Shown: one piece after another, positions 23,122 through 35,100 of the stretch
How the letters are laid out: each line of letters opens with the position of its first letter
How positions within the stretch are numbered: the first letter of the stretch is position 1
Source: Mobula hypostoma
Taxonomy: Eukaryota
NCBI RefSeq assembly: GCF_963921235.1
Contig: NC_086124.1
Coordinates: 27,776,001-27,840,000, forward strand
DNA: 64,000 nucleotides
Direction of reading: 5' to 3'
Translations under genes and position numbers: made by a program
The notes under the pieces: generated by a model
Database searches by the model: none
What the model was told of the DNA's origin: nothing
The model's input: the letters and a program-made list of their open reading frames with translations, nothing else

Positions 23122-26100
23122 GTAAGTTGGCTCAAATCCTCTGGCACGCCACCGGACTGTCTTCCCGTAGGTCTGCGCCTCGGACCGTCTCCTAGCACAG
23201 GCTGTGAGGAGGAATTGGGGAGCTCTGAGCCACACCAGATTGGGGGCGGGGGGCGGGGGGCAGGGGATTGGTTAGAAGCTGTTCAAAGTTAGGAGAGACT
23301 TTGATAATGTTCATGGTGGGAAGCTGTTCTCACAACCCGGTGATTCAGTCAGAAAGAAACAGGGAAAGGTAAACTAGAAACTGGTAAAGAAAAAAAAATA
23401 TGATTCTATATTGTCTCTCTTTTAAACCAGATTTCTGGAGACAGATAGACAGGAAGGGTATCACACACAAAGAACTCAGATGATCGAGATGGCGCAGGCG
23501 GCAATTTGCGGGCGGCTCAGAAAACTTCTAGATATACAATGTTTCTTCTGAAGTGTTATCACTGCAGTCTGCAGCCTGTAATTTCTTTTTTAGGTTGTTA
23601 GTTGTTTTGTTTTGCATTTGCAGTTTACCTTCTTTGCCTGTCTTTAGCTTGTGTGTAGTTTTTCATTGATTCCTTTGTGTTTGACTGCGAATACCCGCAA
23701 GGAAATGAATCTCAGGGTGGTACGACGTAGATGTACTTTGATAAATAACTTACTTTGACGTCTGGTGGAGAGAAATAACCTGCTGATGTTTCAGGCTGTG
23801 ATGATGACAGCAGTGTGTGTGTGTGTGTGTGTGTGTACAGGGTCTGCATTTCCAGCACCTACAGGGTCTCGTGTCAGGAAGGGTCCTCACAAAGATCTCA
23901 CTCTGGGTATAATGGTGCCCGTGGCCTGTACAGGCTCACCCTCTGGGTAAAATGATCTCTGTGGTGTGTACAGGCGCACCCCCTGGGTAAGACGATCCCC
24001 ATGGGGTGCAGACATCCCACCCTGCAAAAACTGATTTCAGAGAGGTAGCATCATCAATTTGCGGGAGTCTTCCGGAAGAGGTGGGATGTCTGCAATAGAG
24101 TAGCTCCTTAGCAGCCAGCCAGCTAGTTTAAATAAGGTTAGCTATGCTAATGAACGAATGACACCTGTTAAACTCACCTCAACTTGTCTTTTACAGTCTT
24201 AACCCACCATGGGCAATAGAAAAGTCACTGTTGCAAACAGTGCAGCGAGCAACACTGTCGTTATTTTTTACCCCTATTAGGCAGGGGTACACTTTAGTGT
24301 AGTCTGGGGTGACGCACGTTTTATATTTTCTTTCTTTGGAACACTCTGCCATGGTGCGCTCTCGCTGTCTCTCTTGTGCTCTCGCTTGCTTGCTCTCTCG
24401 CGCGCTCTCGCTTGCTTGCTCTCGCGCGCTTTCTCTCTCGCTCACTCTCAAAAAACTTGATTTCTGTGATATTGTATATAATTTGCGGGCATCAGGGAGC
24501 CACTATTCATATGCAGGAGACTCCCGGAACTTCCGGGAGAGGTGGGATGTCTGGGTGTGTACAGGCCTACCCTCTGGGTAAAACGATCCCTGTGGAGTGT
24601 ACAGACCCACCCTCTGGGTAAAACGATGCCCGTGAAATATACAGGCCCACCCTCTGGGTAAAACGATCCCTGTGGTGTGTACAGGCCCATCCTCTGAGTA
24701 AAACGATCCCTGTGGTGTATACAGACCCACCCTCTGGGTAAAACGATACCCATGAAATATACAGGCCCATCCTCTGGGTAAAACGATCCCTGTGGTGTGT
24801 ACAGACCCACCCTCTGGGTAAAACGATACCCGTGAAATATACAGGCCCACCCTCTGGGTAAAACGATCCCTGTGGTGTATACAGACCCACCCTCTGGGTA
24901 AAACGATCCCTGTGGTGTATACAGACCCACCCTCTGGGTAAAACGATACCCGTGAAATATACAGGCCCACCCTCTGGGTAAAACGATCCCTGTGGTGTAT
25001 ACAGACCCACCCTCTGGGTAAAACGATCCCTGTGGTGTATACAGACCCACCCTCTGGGTAAAACGATCCCTGTGGTGTATACAGACCCACCCTCTGGGTA
25101 AGACGATACCCATGAAATATACAGGCCCACCCTGTGGGTAAAACGATGCTGCGAAGTGTCTAACAATGGGTTGTTATTGCTTCTTTTAGATATGCACCTC
25201 TTTCACGTCCAGTGTGAGTGCCTCTTCCGTGGCCTTGAAGTGGACGACATACGCTTGCGTTACGCCTATGATGGTGTTACTATCATGTACTACAACACGG
25301 AGATTAAGAGGTATGTTGCAGCCCAGCCCATGGCACAGGCTGAGGTAGACAGGCGGAACTCGGAGCACGACTATGTTACATCGGTGCCTCACCGAATTGA
25401 GAGCATCTGCGATGAGATCAAGCAGGCGGTCAGATCAAGCAACATCACCCTGGAAAACATGGGTAAGATAGTTTAAAATTTACGATCACGTGTATGTCAA
25501 AACACCTTGTGTGCATTAACCATCAATACATCCCAGTGTGTGCTGGGGGCAGCCCGCCAGGGTCACCACACAATCCGCTGCCAAGATAGCACGCCTACAA
25601 TACTCCAGCGAACCCGGACACCATCGGGCTTTGACCTCTCCAATGGACTCACAGATTTGGCTCCTGCGGACGGGCCTTGACTTTCGAACCCTGACCCTGG
25701 GACACACTGATCACCGAACACCTGGCCTTGAAATCCAGACTCGCCAATGATGGGACCTCGAACTCCGCACCACGTCTGCGTCGCTGGTCTTCGAGCTTCA
25801 CATCAGTAGATAGGTCAAACACAGCACCATTGACCCAACTTCTCCCCACCCATCAAAGGGCCAAAATCAAGGCGGACCCCCTTGGTGGCCTTTGGTCCCT
25901 ATCCCTGGAAAGCTTTCCTAGCTAAACTTAGCTGTTCATTCAGGGCCTCGAGCAGTCCCTCCAGGTGAGGCAACACCTCACCTGCAAATCTTCTGGGGTC
26001 ATTCCACTGTGTCTGGGCCTCCTTGATGTTGGTGAGACCCACCATAAATTGGGGGGTCAGCTTCATCGAGTACCTCCGCACCATCCGCCACCAGTGGGAT

Positions 26101-29100
26101 TTCCCGGTGGCTAAACGTTATAATCCCGATTCCCGTTCTGACGCGTCTGTCCGTGGCCTCCTCTCGTAGCAAGGTGAGGTCACCCTCAGGGCGGAGGAAC
26201 ACTACCTTATATTCCATCAGGGTAGCCTCTAACCTGATGGCATGAATACCGATTTCCCCTTCTGGTGAACAAATTTCTACCCTTCCCCTTCTCTATTCCC
26301 CACTGACCTTTCACTTCTTCTCACCTGCCTATTAATTCCCCCATTTCCCTCCTCCTTCCTTTTCTCCAATTGTTCACTCACCTCTCCTATCCGATTCTTT
26401 CTCCAGCCCTTTCCCACTCACCTGGCTTCACCTATCACCTTCCAGCTAGCCTCTTATCCCATTCCCCCGCCCCCAACATTTTTATTCTGGCATCTTCCCC
26501 CTTCCTTCTCAGACCTGATGAAGGGTCTCAGCCTGAAACGTCAACTGTTTAGTCTTTTCCATCGTTGCTGCCTGATTTGCTGAGCTCCTCAGTTTTGTGT
26601 GTGTGTTGCTTTGGATTTCTAGCATCTGCAGACTTTGATGCGTTAGCTTACTTACTGTCCGTTACTCCACTGGCATCTGGGGCAGCAATGAGGGTCCTCC
26701 ATCTCTGGAGTTCAAGCCTTCCTTCATCGTGTCAGTAGCTCCCTCTCGGTTTTCACTGCTGTCACTGTCACGCAAGTCCTGGGCGTTGACACAGGAATAC
26801 CGCCGGACTCAGATGCAAAAACATTCTTCATTGCTGTTTCCTTAACGGTTTTGTTTAACCAGTCAACCCTGAGCTGAACCCCCCCAAACCCGGAGGACCA
26901 GTGGACCAGTCTTGATCTGGGCTCTACCCTTTGACCTTACCAAATGTCACGATGGTCGGATATGGCCCAAGTGCGGAGAGCGAGAGATACTGAGGCGAGT
27001 CCACAGGACCATAAATCATAGGAGCAGAATTAGGCCATCTGGCCCATTGAATCAGCTGCACCATTCAATCATGGCTGGTCCTTTCTTTTTAATATCCTCC
27101 TCAACCCCAGTTCCCAGCCTTCTCCCCATAACCTTTGATGCTATATCTAATCAAGAACCGATCAATCTCTGCCCAACGACTTGACCTCCACAGCAGCATG
27201 TGGCAACAAATTCCACAAATTCACCACCCTCTGCCTAAAGAAATTTCTCCCCATCTGTGTTTCGAAAGGGCGCCCCTCTTTCCTGAGGCTGTGCCCCCTT
27301 GTCCTAGACTCTCCTACCACGAGAAACATCCTTTCCACATCTACTTCGTCAAGGCCTTTCAACATTCGAAAGGTTTCAATGAGATTCCCCCCTCATCCTT
27401 CTGAATTCCAGCGAGTACAGACCCAGAGCCATCAAACGTTCCTCATAGATAACTCTTTCATTCCTGGAATCATCCTTGTGAAACTCGTCTGGACCCTCTC
27501 CGAAGATGAGGGGCCCTAAGATGAGGCAGCCAAACGTTGGTGTGCTTTGCTCAAGTCTTGATATGCGCTACGACCAAAAGGATACTGTCACAATGATTAA
27601 TAATTAGCTGACACGTGCACATTCGCGGGGCAATTGCCGAATCCGCTGCGCTGCTGATTCAGTGGTTGTGACACCAAGAGCCAAAGCACAAAGGCCTGAC
27701 GCCAGCCAGCCATTGCTCTCTGGGTCATGGAGACATAGCCCCCAAACCCAAAGGCAAGGCTGTGGGCCTCTTGCAGGTTTGCACTGATCCAAATGTCTTT
27801 TGAATCTCCGGTTAGTACCTTAGTAATAAAATGACTTTGAACATTGTTATTGTACCTGCCTCAGGCACATACGTGCTCTGCACACAGAAGTTGAACGATA
27901 GCACCTTGTAAATTTTCAAGTCTTCCCTTAAAGCCTCTACCCTCCGGATTCAAGATCCCAAAGGTGGTGTGTGTTCAGCCCATCTTCGATCCTCATGATT
28001 TTCTAGTGTATATCTATAAATTCATCCCTCTAACTTCTGCGTTTCATAGAAACATAGAAATCTACGGCCCACAATGTCCAGCCGACCATATGACCCACTC
28101 TAGAAGCTGCCTAGAATTTCCCTACCGCACAGCCCTCTATTTTTCCAAGCTCCATGTACCTAACTACCTTTTCAGGGTGGAAAGTTTTGGCCCACCCAGC
28201 CTGTCCTCGAGTCCTGGCAGCATTCTCACATTTCTTCCCTGCGCTCCTTCCGGTTTAATTGCGTCTTCCCTCGGGCGCGTCAGCGAAGTAACCGGGAGGC
28301 ACGTTAGCGCAGCCGTTTAGAGCGTCCCAATCGCCGATCGGGGTTCGATTCCCACCGCCGTCTGTAAGGAGTTTGTACGCTCCCCGATGACCACGTGGGT
28401 TTCCTCCGGGTGCTCCGGTTTGCCCAACGTTCCAACGGTGTGCGGGTTACGGTGAGTGAGTGGTGGGCGTCTTACTTAGGCACCGGCAACGTGGCGTCCC
28501 CAGCAGGCTTCTCACCAATTTGATGCAAAAATGCGTGATAATCTATTTAATTTAAAAAAAACTTCAGCTCCGTACAACACAGTGTGGCAAAGCGATTCAG
28601 GGGAAAATGAGTTTTGAGGTTCGCATGGAGAAATTGTAAAACAAGTTTTGGAAGAAATCGCCTTTAGAGTCCTGCAGCACAGAAACCGGCCTTATGGCTC
28701 AGATTTATTATATGCTCACCGGAACAGAATGAGGCCATTCGGCCCGTCGAGTCTGCTCCACCATCCCACCATGGCTGATTTATTATCCCTCTCAACCGTG
28801 ATGTCCTCCTATTCTGAGGCTGTGCCCTCTAGCCCGAGACAGTCTGACTATTGGAAACATGCTCCCCACGCCCTCTCTATCTGGACCTTTCAACGTCTTT
28901 GATAGACGGCAGGCCCAGGGGCCGCCAAACGCTCCTCATCCATTAACCCTTTCATTGCCGGGATCCCGAGACTTGTTTCGGGGCGGTAGTACAGTGCAAT
29001 ACGTAAAGTGCGGTGTAGTTATCTCCTTTGGCTGTATTCATGTTTGTGTTTGAATGGCTTTAAACAGTAGTATTAAAGAAGGGAGCAAAATCGGGAAGTA

Positions 29101-32100
29101 GCGTGTGTTCATGACGCGTTAAGAAATCTGTCGGTGGAGGGGAAGAAGCTGTTCCTTAAACGCCGAGTGTGTGTCTTCAGTGAATCTGTGCGTCTTCTTC
29201 TATTTCCGGCAGTTTAGACGCGTATTACAGCCCTCCGCAGGATGTATAATTAATTATAGAACTTCAAGGAACTCAAATTCTCGAATACAACCTAGTCTCA
29301 CGTATAAACTGAATAATAGACTCTTCAATCAGATGTTGATTCTCTTAATGGCCAAACAAAGATTGAATAGAAAACCAAAATAAATTTAAGCCAAGAAGCC
29401 TCTTGAACAACATGCTTGTTTCAATTTTGTATCGATTACAGCTCAGCAGAACATGCTGGACTGTCTCTGGACTACCACAGTCACATAATCCAGTAGGATG
29501 TTTTCCTATTATCTTTAAATAATAATTTAGTCCACAATGCCCCAACCTAAGTCTTGTAAATTTCACCATATCTCTACGACTTAAAAGGTAACAGTCTGAG
29601 ACCTTTTTAACTCGTGGGTGACTAGAAAAATAATGCCTGCCCCTCAATTCATTTTTCCAATCCTCCTGCCACTTCTTCTCTATACCTTTTTAAATCCTAC
29701 TTCTCAATTCTGCTCTGCCTAGGGGAACTCTAATTTCTACTTGCCTGTTCTGTAAGGAAGACTTTGCAATGCCATCCACAATTTCATTTCCCTCCACCCC
29801 AGCATGCCCAGGTATCCATGAAAATCTAACCGCACAACCCATCTTCCCTACTCTAAACAGCACTAAGAGGATCTCAATAACTATGTCAGGACGAGCTTTT
29901 GATTTACTCCCTTTTATAGACTCGAAGGCAGCAGCAGAATCCGAACAGATGATAACCCTACGAGTGAATCTGCGCTGACCACCGAGTCCCCGTTTATACT
30001 AATCCTATTCTCAGTCACCTACACGTTGGATGCTCTGTAACTTCGAAACGTTAAACTAAGTTAAAGGAAGACACAGGGGTCCGAAATACGGATCTAACTT
30101 CGACTTCACTTCAAACCAGGCGCACAGGCATCACGTGGCAGCGTGATGACGCGAGCAATTTATGTATTTATACGTAAACCGCAGTGAATTATTTAAACGA
30201 ACAAGAATGCTTAATCAAACTATATATAATCTCCTGTATATATATATAAACCATGTATATGTGTGTGTGTGTATATATATATACCTCCTGTTCAGCTATA
30301 CTCAAAACTCAAGATAGAATGCGTCTCAACTATATACACCATATTATACAATTAGTGTACAGACTTTATATACAATTTTAATATTGTCCCATTCAGCCCT
30401 AAATATTTAATCTCTGTGGGGATTTCTTACTCCTGTAATGTATGGATCTATTTCTTTTAGAGCAATGATTCCCTCCCTCCCCCGCGCTGCAACGTGAATA
30501 CACTAGTTCAAGTCATCTCCCTCGGGCGTGCTTTTATTTGATATGTAATCGTGCACAGACACGAGTAGGAACCTGAATGTCAGAGAAAATCGCGAACTGG
30601 ACCAACAGTTACGGGACGAGACGGCGCAAGAAGTCCGTCACAGACACTAACAAACGCGTGACAGTGAAGGACGCGCTGAGTTTAAAGTGAAAATGGCTTC
30701 AGCCGGGAGAATTGATGAATTTGATCTCGCTAATGAGGCCGGGGGTCGTATATCGAGAGGGCTGAAACGCCAACAGCGTGGAGGAGCAAAAGAAAGCCCC
30801 TGCGCTTCTTTCTTCATGGGCCCAAGCAGGGGCGCAGTGCTAATCTTTTAGGTGCCGGAGCTGACAAAATGCTTGCCATTCCCTATATCCTCTCTCTGTA
30901 TATGTCACACCCAATTTGTGTACCTGCTCATTTCATGTACTGGGCAACTTCCTGACCCCATTCATGTAATGAGCAGGTACACAAATTGGGTGTGACATAT
31001 ATATATGAATGGGGCTTCTTATAATGTCAAGCACTAAACCAAGATGAAAGAAATAAATGATTTCCAGAGCTCCACAGAAATATAGCGATAGTTAAGACAT
31101 TAACAAGATTATAGCCTATCACTACATTTCAGTGTACAACTGGTACAAGAAAGCATATAATCCTTAATTTAATAATATGACAAAGTACTGCATGGTTAGA
31201 CTCACTAATTATCATAAAATATAATTATCAAGCAAGTAAAGAAAAAGATGGTAATCATGTGTTTTACCAATTTAAAAGTAATTACCTACTTACCAAATGC
31301 CACCAATGAGAAGTTTCACAATAATTTCCACAAAGGGTCAGGAGTAATATATGGTCAGAGGTCTGAAACATCTCTTGTCCTGGTGTCATCTGCTGATCTG
31401 TGGTACCACAGCGGTGATGCGACATACGGCTCAGGATTCCACTGAACTAGAGGAGGTCCGTGTAGTTTAACAAACATAAGTGATGATACATGATTTATGA
31501 GAATTCTTGAGCATGTTGATATTATCAAGTTCATGTGACTGAATCCTCTCTCACACTCAGCAGTACTAATAGGAATAGCTTGTGAACAGCTCAGTAATGG
31601 GCATAAATCTTGGGGGATGTGGCATCCACGATCCTCCACATAATCTCTGAAGGCGTTTATTACAGAGGAAGAAGAAAGCTTAAACCTCTTACAGAGAGAA
31701 GATATTGCAGCTTCTCCATAATCAGGGTTCCGGCCCGAAACATTGACTGATCTTTTCCACGGATGCTGCCCGACCTGCTGAGTTCCTCCAGCGTGTTGTG
31801 AGTGTTCCATAATCAGGCGGTATTTCAGCAGGCCAGTTATCTTTATCAAGGACACACATTTCATTTATCAGGGATTTATAAATACTTTGAGGTTTAGAAG
31901 TTTGAGAACCTTTCAAGGATGTTGCCATGAACATACAGTGCTGCAAATTGTTTATAAGACTAGTAAGAAACTGTAGATAATTAATGGAGACAATTTTGTT
32001 GTTGCTTGTTAAGGGAATTTCTCCAAACTTCCCCTTTTCAACTGCCTCTTGAGCTTCTAGAGTTTTTGTACCAGGTTGCTCTTTCAGTCCACGCAGTGAT

Positions 32101-35100
32101 CTTATGCTCCGTTAGATCAATTTGTCTGCATAAACAATCATAGTAGTGCGTTTCTGTAAACACTCTGACAGTAAACCAAGTTCATACAATGTATCATACA
32201 TTAGAGCTAAGTCCAATAGAAACTGTCCTGAAGGGAGTCTTTTCAACAGACCTTCATAAGTTTTTCTGTCACTCCCAGATCTTGTTTCATCCTTCATTGC
32301 TTTTCCAAAATGAAAACACAGTGCTTCATAATTTTGCCACACTGCTGAAACTGTTCGAAATGAGCTAGCTACCCACCTGGTGCCCAGAACACGGCCTATT
32401 TTGCAAATTTGTTGTTGTAGTTGAGAGACACATTCAGATAGTTCCTTTTGATTTAGAGGTGATCTCCCGTAAACAGAGTACAATTTGTCCGTAAATGATT
32501 GAAAATGATTTATTCCATGAACCTCTCTCACCGAATCACCTACTGCAAGTTCTAATCTGTGATTAAGACAGTGCCAAATTATCACGTCAGGGTAATGTTC
32601 CCTGAGGATTGTAGCAACACCAGATTTGACGCCAAGCATTACACTTGCCCCATCACTAGCAAATGCTACAAGGCTCTGTTTCAAGTAAGAGTCATGAAAC
32701 CCATGGTTATTGAGACAGTTCAATAGATGCTAATCAATAGTTGCAACTTTCTGATCAGGCAGTTCAATTAGATCTGAAAACATAAAATGGGGATCACCTT
32801 GCTTATCACTTTCACATTTTAAATAAATTATTAGGGCAGTCTTAATGCTCAGGCTTGTTGATTCATCAATGAGAACAGAAAATTTGCCATTTATCTGCTT
32901 GATATGCTGGCAAATTTTCTTATTCATATTAATGGCTATGTGATTATCTCTGTAGCACTATTGCGGTAATGCAGTCTAATTCCAATGTCAATACCATTTT
33001 TTTTTGAAGTTCCAATAAGCCAAAGTGATCAGAGTATGGTCTGTCATTCTGAGCTAAATGATATGCAGAACAAAAAATTGAACAAGTTGCCTTTAGAGTT
33101 TCATTGTACCTATATATAATGACAATAAATATCATTCAACTCAATTCAGTAGATGCGAAGCATTCATGGTGTCACATACTTTTCCAAGAGCATCTTCACT
33201 ATCGATATTTTCAACACTTAGAGCAGCAGTGTGAGCTTTTGATAGTTTGTGATCAACAATTTTTTTTCTGAGCGACTTCAAGCGTGTACTTCAATCAGCC
33301 CCCATAATAGGATACTTGGTACATCTGCTGTTCATTTGACAGCCTCAAACTCTTAGAAGTGAAAAGTGTCCGATTGCGTTTGTTTGCACATAGTTTACAC
33401 CCAAGTTTATCATCCCTGAAGTCTAACGAAGGATAAGTTTCCTTCTTTTTCTTCCACATTTCTTCAGTCCAAACATCTGAACAGGGATACAAGCCTGACT
33501 TCGAAGGACCATTACTTTCAGAACTGCATTTGGACCCGGTTAGAAAATTTGAACTAGAAGCAGGCAAAACGCAGCTTTTGTCACTTTTACTGTTATCAGT
33601 CTCTTGTACGTTATTCTTGTTACACTCCTCAGCTTGTTTACGAAAGAAAGAAGTTAACGTTGTTTGCTTAGAAACCATAGGGTTGTTAATGAGAAAAATT
33701 TACTTTAGTATCCATGGACCACCACAGATGTAGCCTTACTAAGTATTTTTTCACGCATAATTTTGCCATCAACAGGGATATGCTTCTGTGACACGTCCTC
33801 TAGCCACACACTTAATGCTTTCTCACTCTTTGCAAGCACTTTATCACGAACCAGAGAGACCATTTTTGGCCTTGTAGGGGTAGCGCTAACACTTCCACGA
33901 ATTTCAGCTTCTTTCTGCTTTATTGTGTGAAAGCTCGATTCGTTCTCACCGACCTTACTGCCCACTTCAGCAAGCGACGTGCCACTTTTCAAAAGATCCG
34001 AGGTTTTTATTTTCTCAGTGAACAATGCTCAAACAGCGAGTGTTGGACAGAAACTGAGGATCTGTGAAATGGCGGGAGGCTACAGCAGGGTATGCTAGGA
34101 GAACGGGTCGAGTGAGGAGGAATTTCACAAATACCTAAAGAAAAAACTGTCACAGCTCCAGGATTTCACCAAAAATGATCAAATAGGAACAACACCTTAT
34201 ATTCCATCTGGGTAGCCACCAACCTGATAGCATGAATATTGACTTCTCTAACTTCTGTTAATGCCCGTCCTCCCCTTCACCCGCCGCCCTTTATTTATTT
34301 ATATATATATATATATATTTATTTACTATTTTAAATATATTTTTTATTTTTTCCCCCTTTTATTTTCTCTCTCTCTTTTTTCTCCCTCTCACTATAACTC
34401 CTTGCCTGCTCTCCACCCTACTGGCTCCCCTTCCCACTTTTCTTTCTCCCCAGGCTTCCTGTCCCATGATCCTCTCCCTTCTCCAGCCTGGTATCCCTTT
34501 TGCCAGTCACCTTTCCAGCTCTTAGATCCACCCCTCCCCTCCTGTCTTCTCCGATCATTTTGGATCTCCCCCTCCCCCTCCCACTTTCAAATCTCTTACT
34601 ATCTCTTCTTTCCGTTAGTCCTGACGAAGGGTCCCGGTCTGAAACGTCGACTGTACCTCTTCCTATAGATGCTGCCTGGCCCGCTTTGTTCCACCAGCAT
34701 TTTGTGTGTGTTGCTTGAATTTCCAGCATCTGCAGATTTCCTCGTGTCTGCAAATATCCTAATGTTATTAGTGGTACTTTCCCCACCAGCCACCACCCCC
34801 TCTCCCCAACCCCCACTTCCGTAAAATTCCCTCTATTTAATATGTGGCTGCTGTTAAATTCCCCACTTGTTTATTTTGACTTTTTTTTTCAGAGGTGCCA
34901 GAGCAGTGTTCAGGTGAGCTCTGGTAGCACTGCACCCCTGGGCCCAAGGGTGTACGGTCTGTTACACAGTTTACTAACTCCTGCAAAGCCAGCAAGCAAG
35001 ACGTTTGATGAAATTACAATTTTACAAAATCACTTGAGCCTTAAACCACTGGTAATAGCTGAGAGATTTAGATTTTACAAAAGGACCCAGTCAAAAGATA

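Noticed and set aside
24448-25166. Three overlapping ORFs of about 200 aa on the - strand
   Set aside because: Translations of the 40-bp minisatellite; all frames cycle through the same peptides.
31355-33678. Host ZNF862/KIAA1586-like gene
   Set aside because: The ORFs are fragmented by stops and frameshifts and lie within TIRs and an 8-bp TSD, so this is a hAT transposon.
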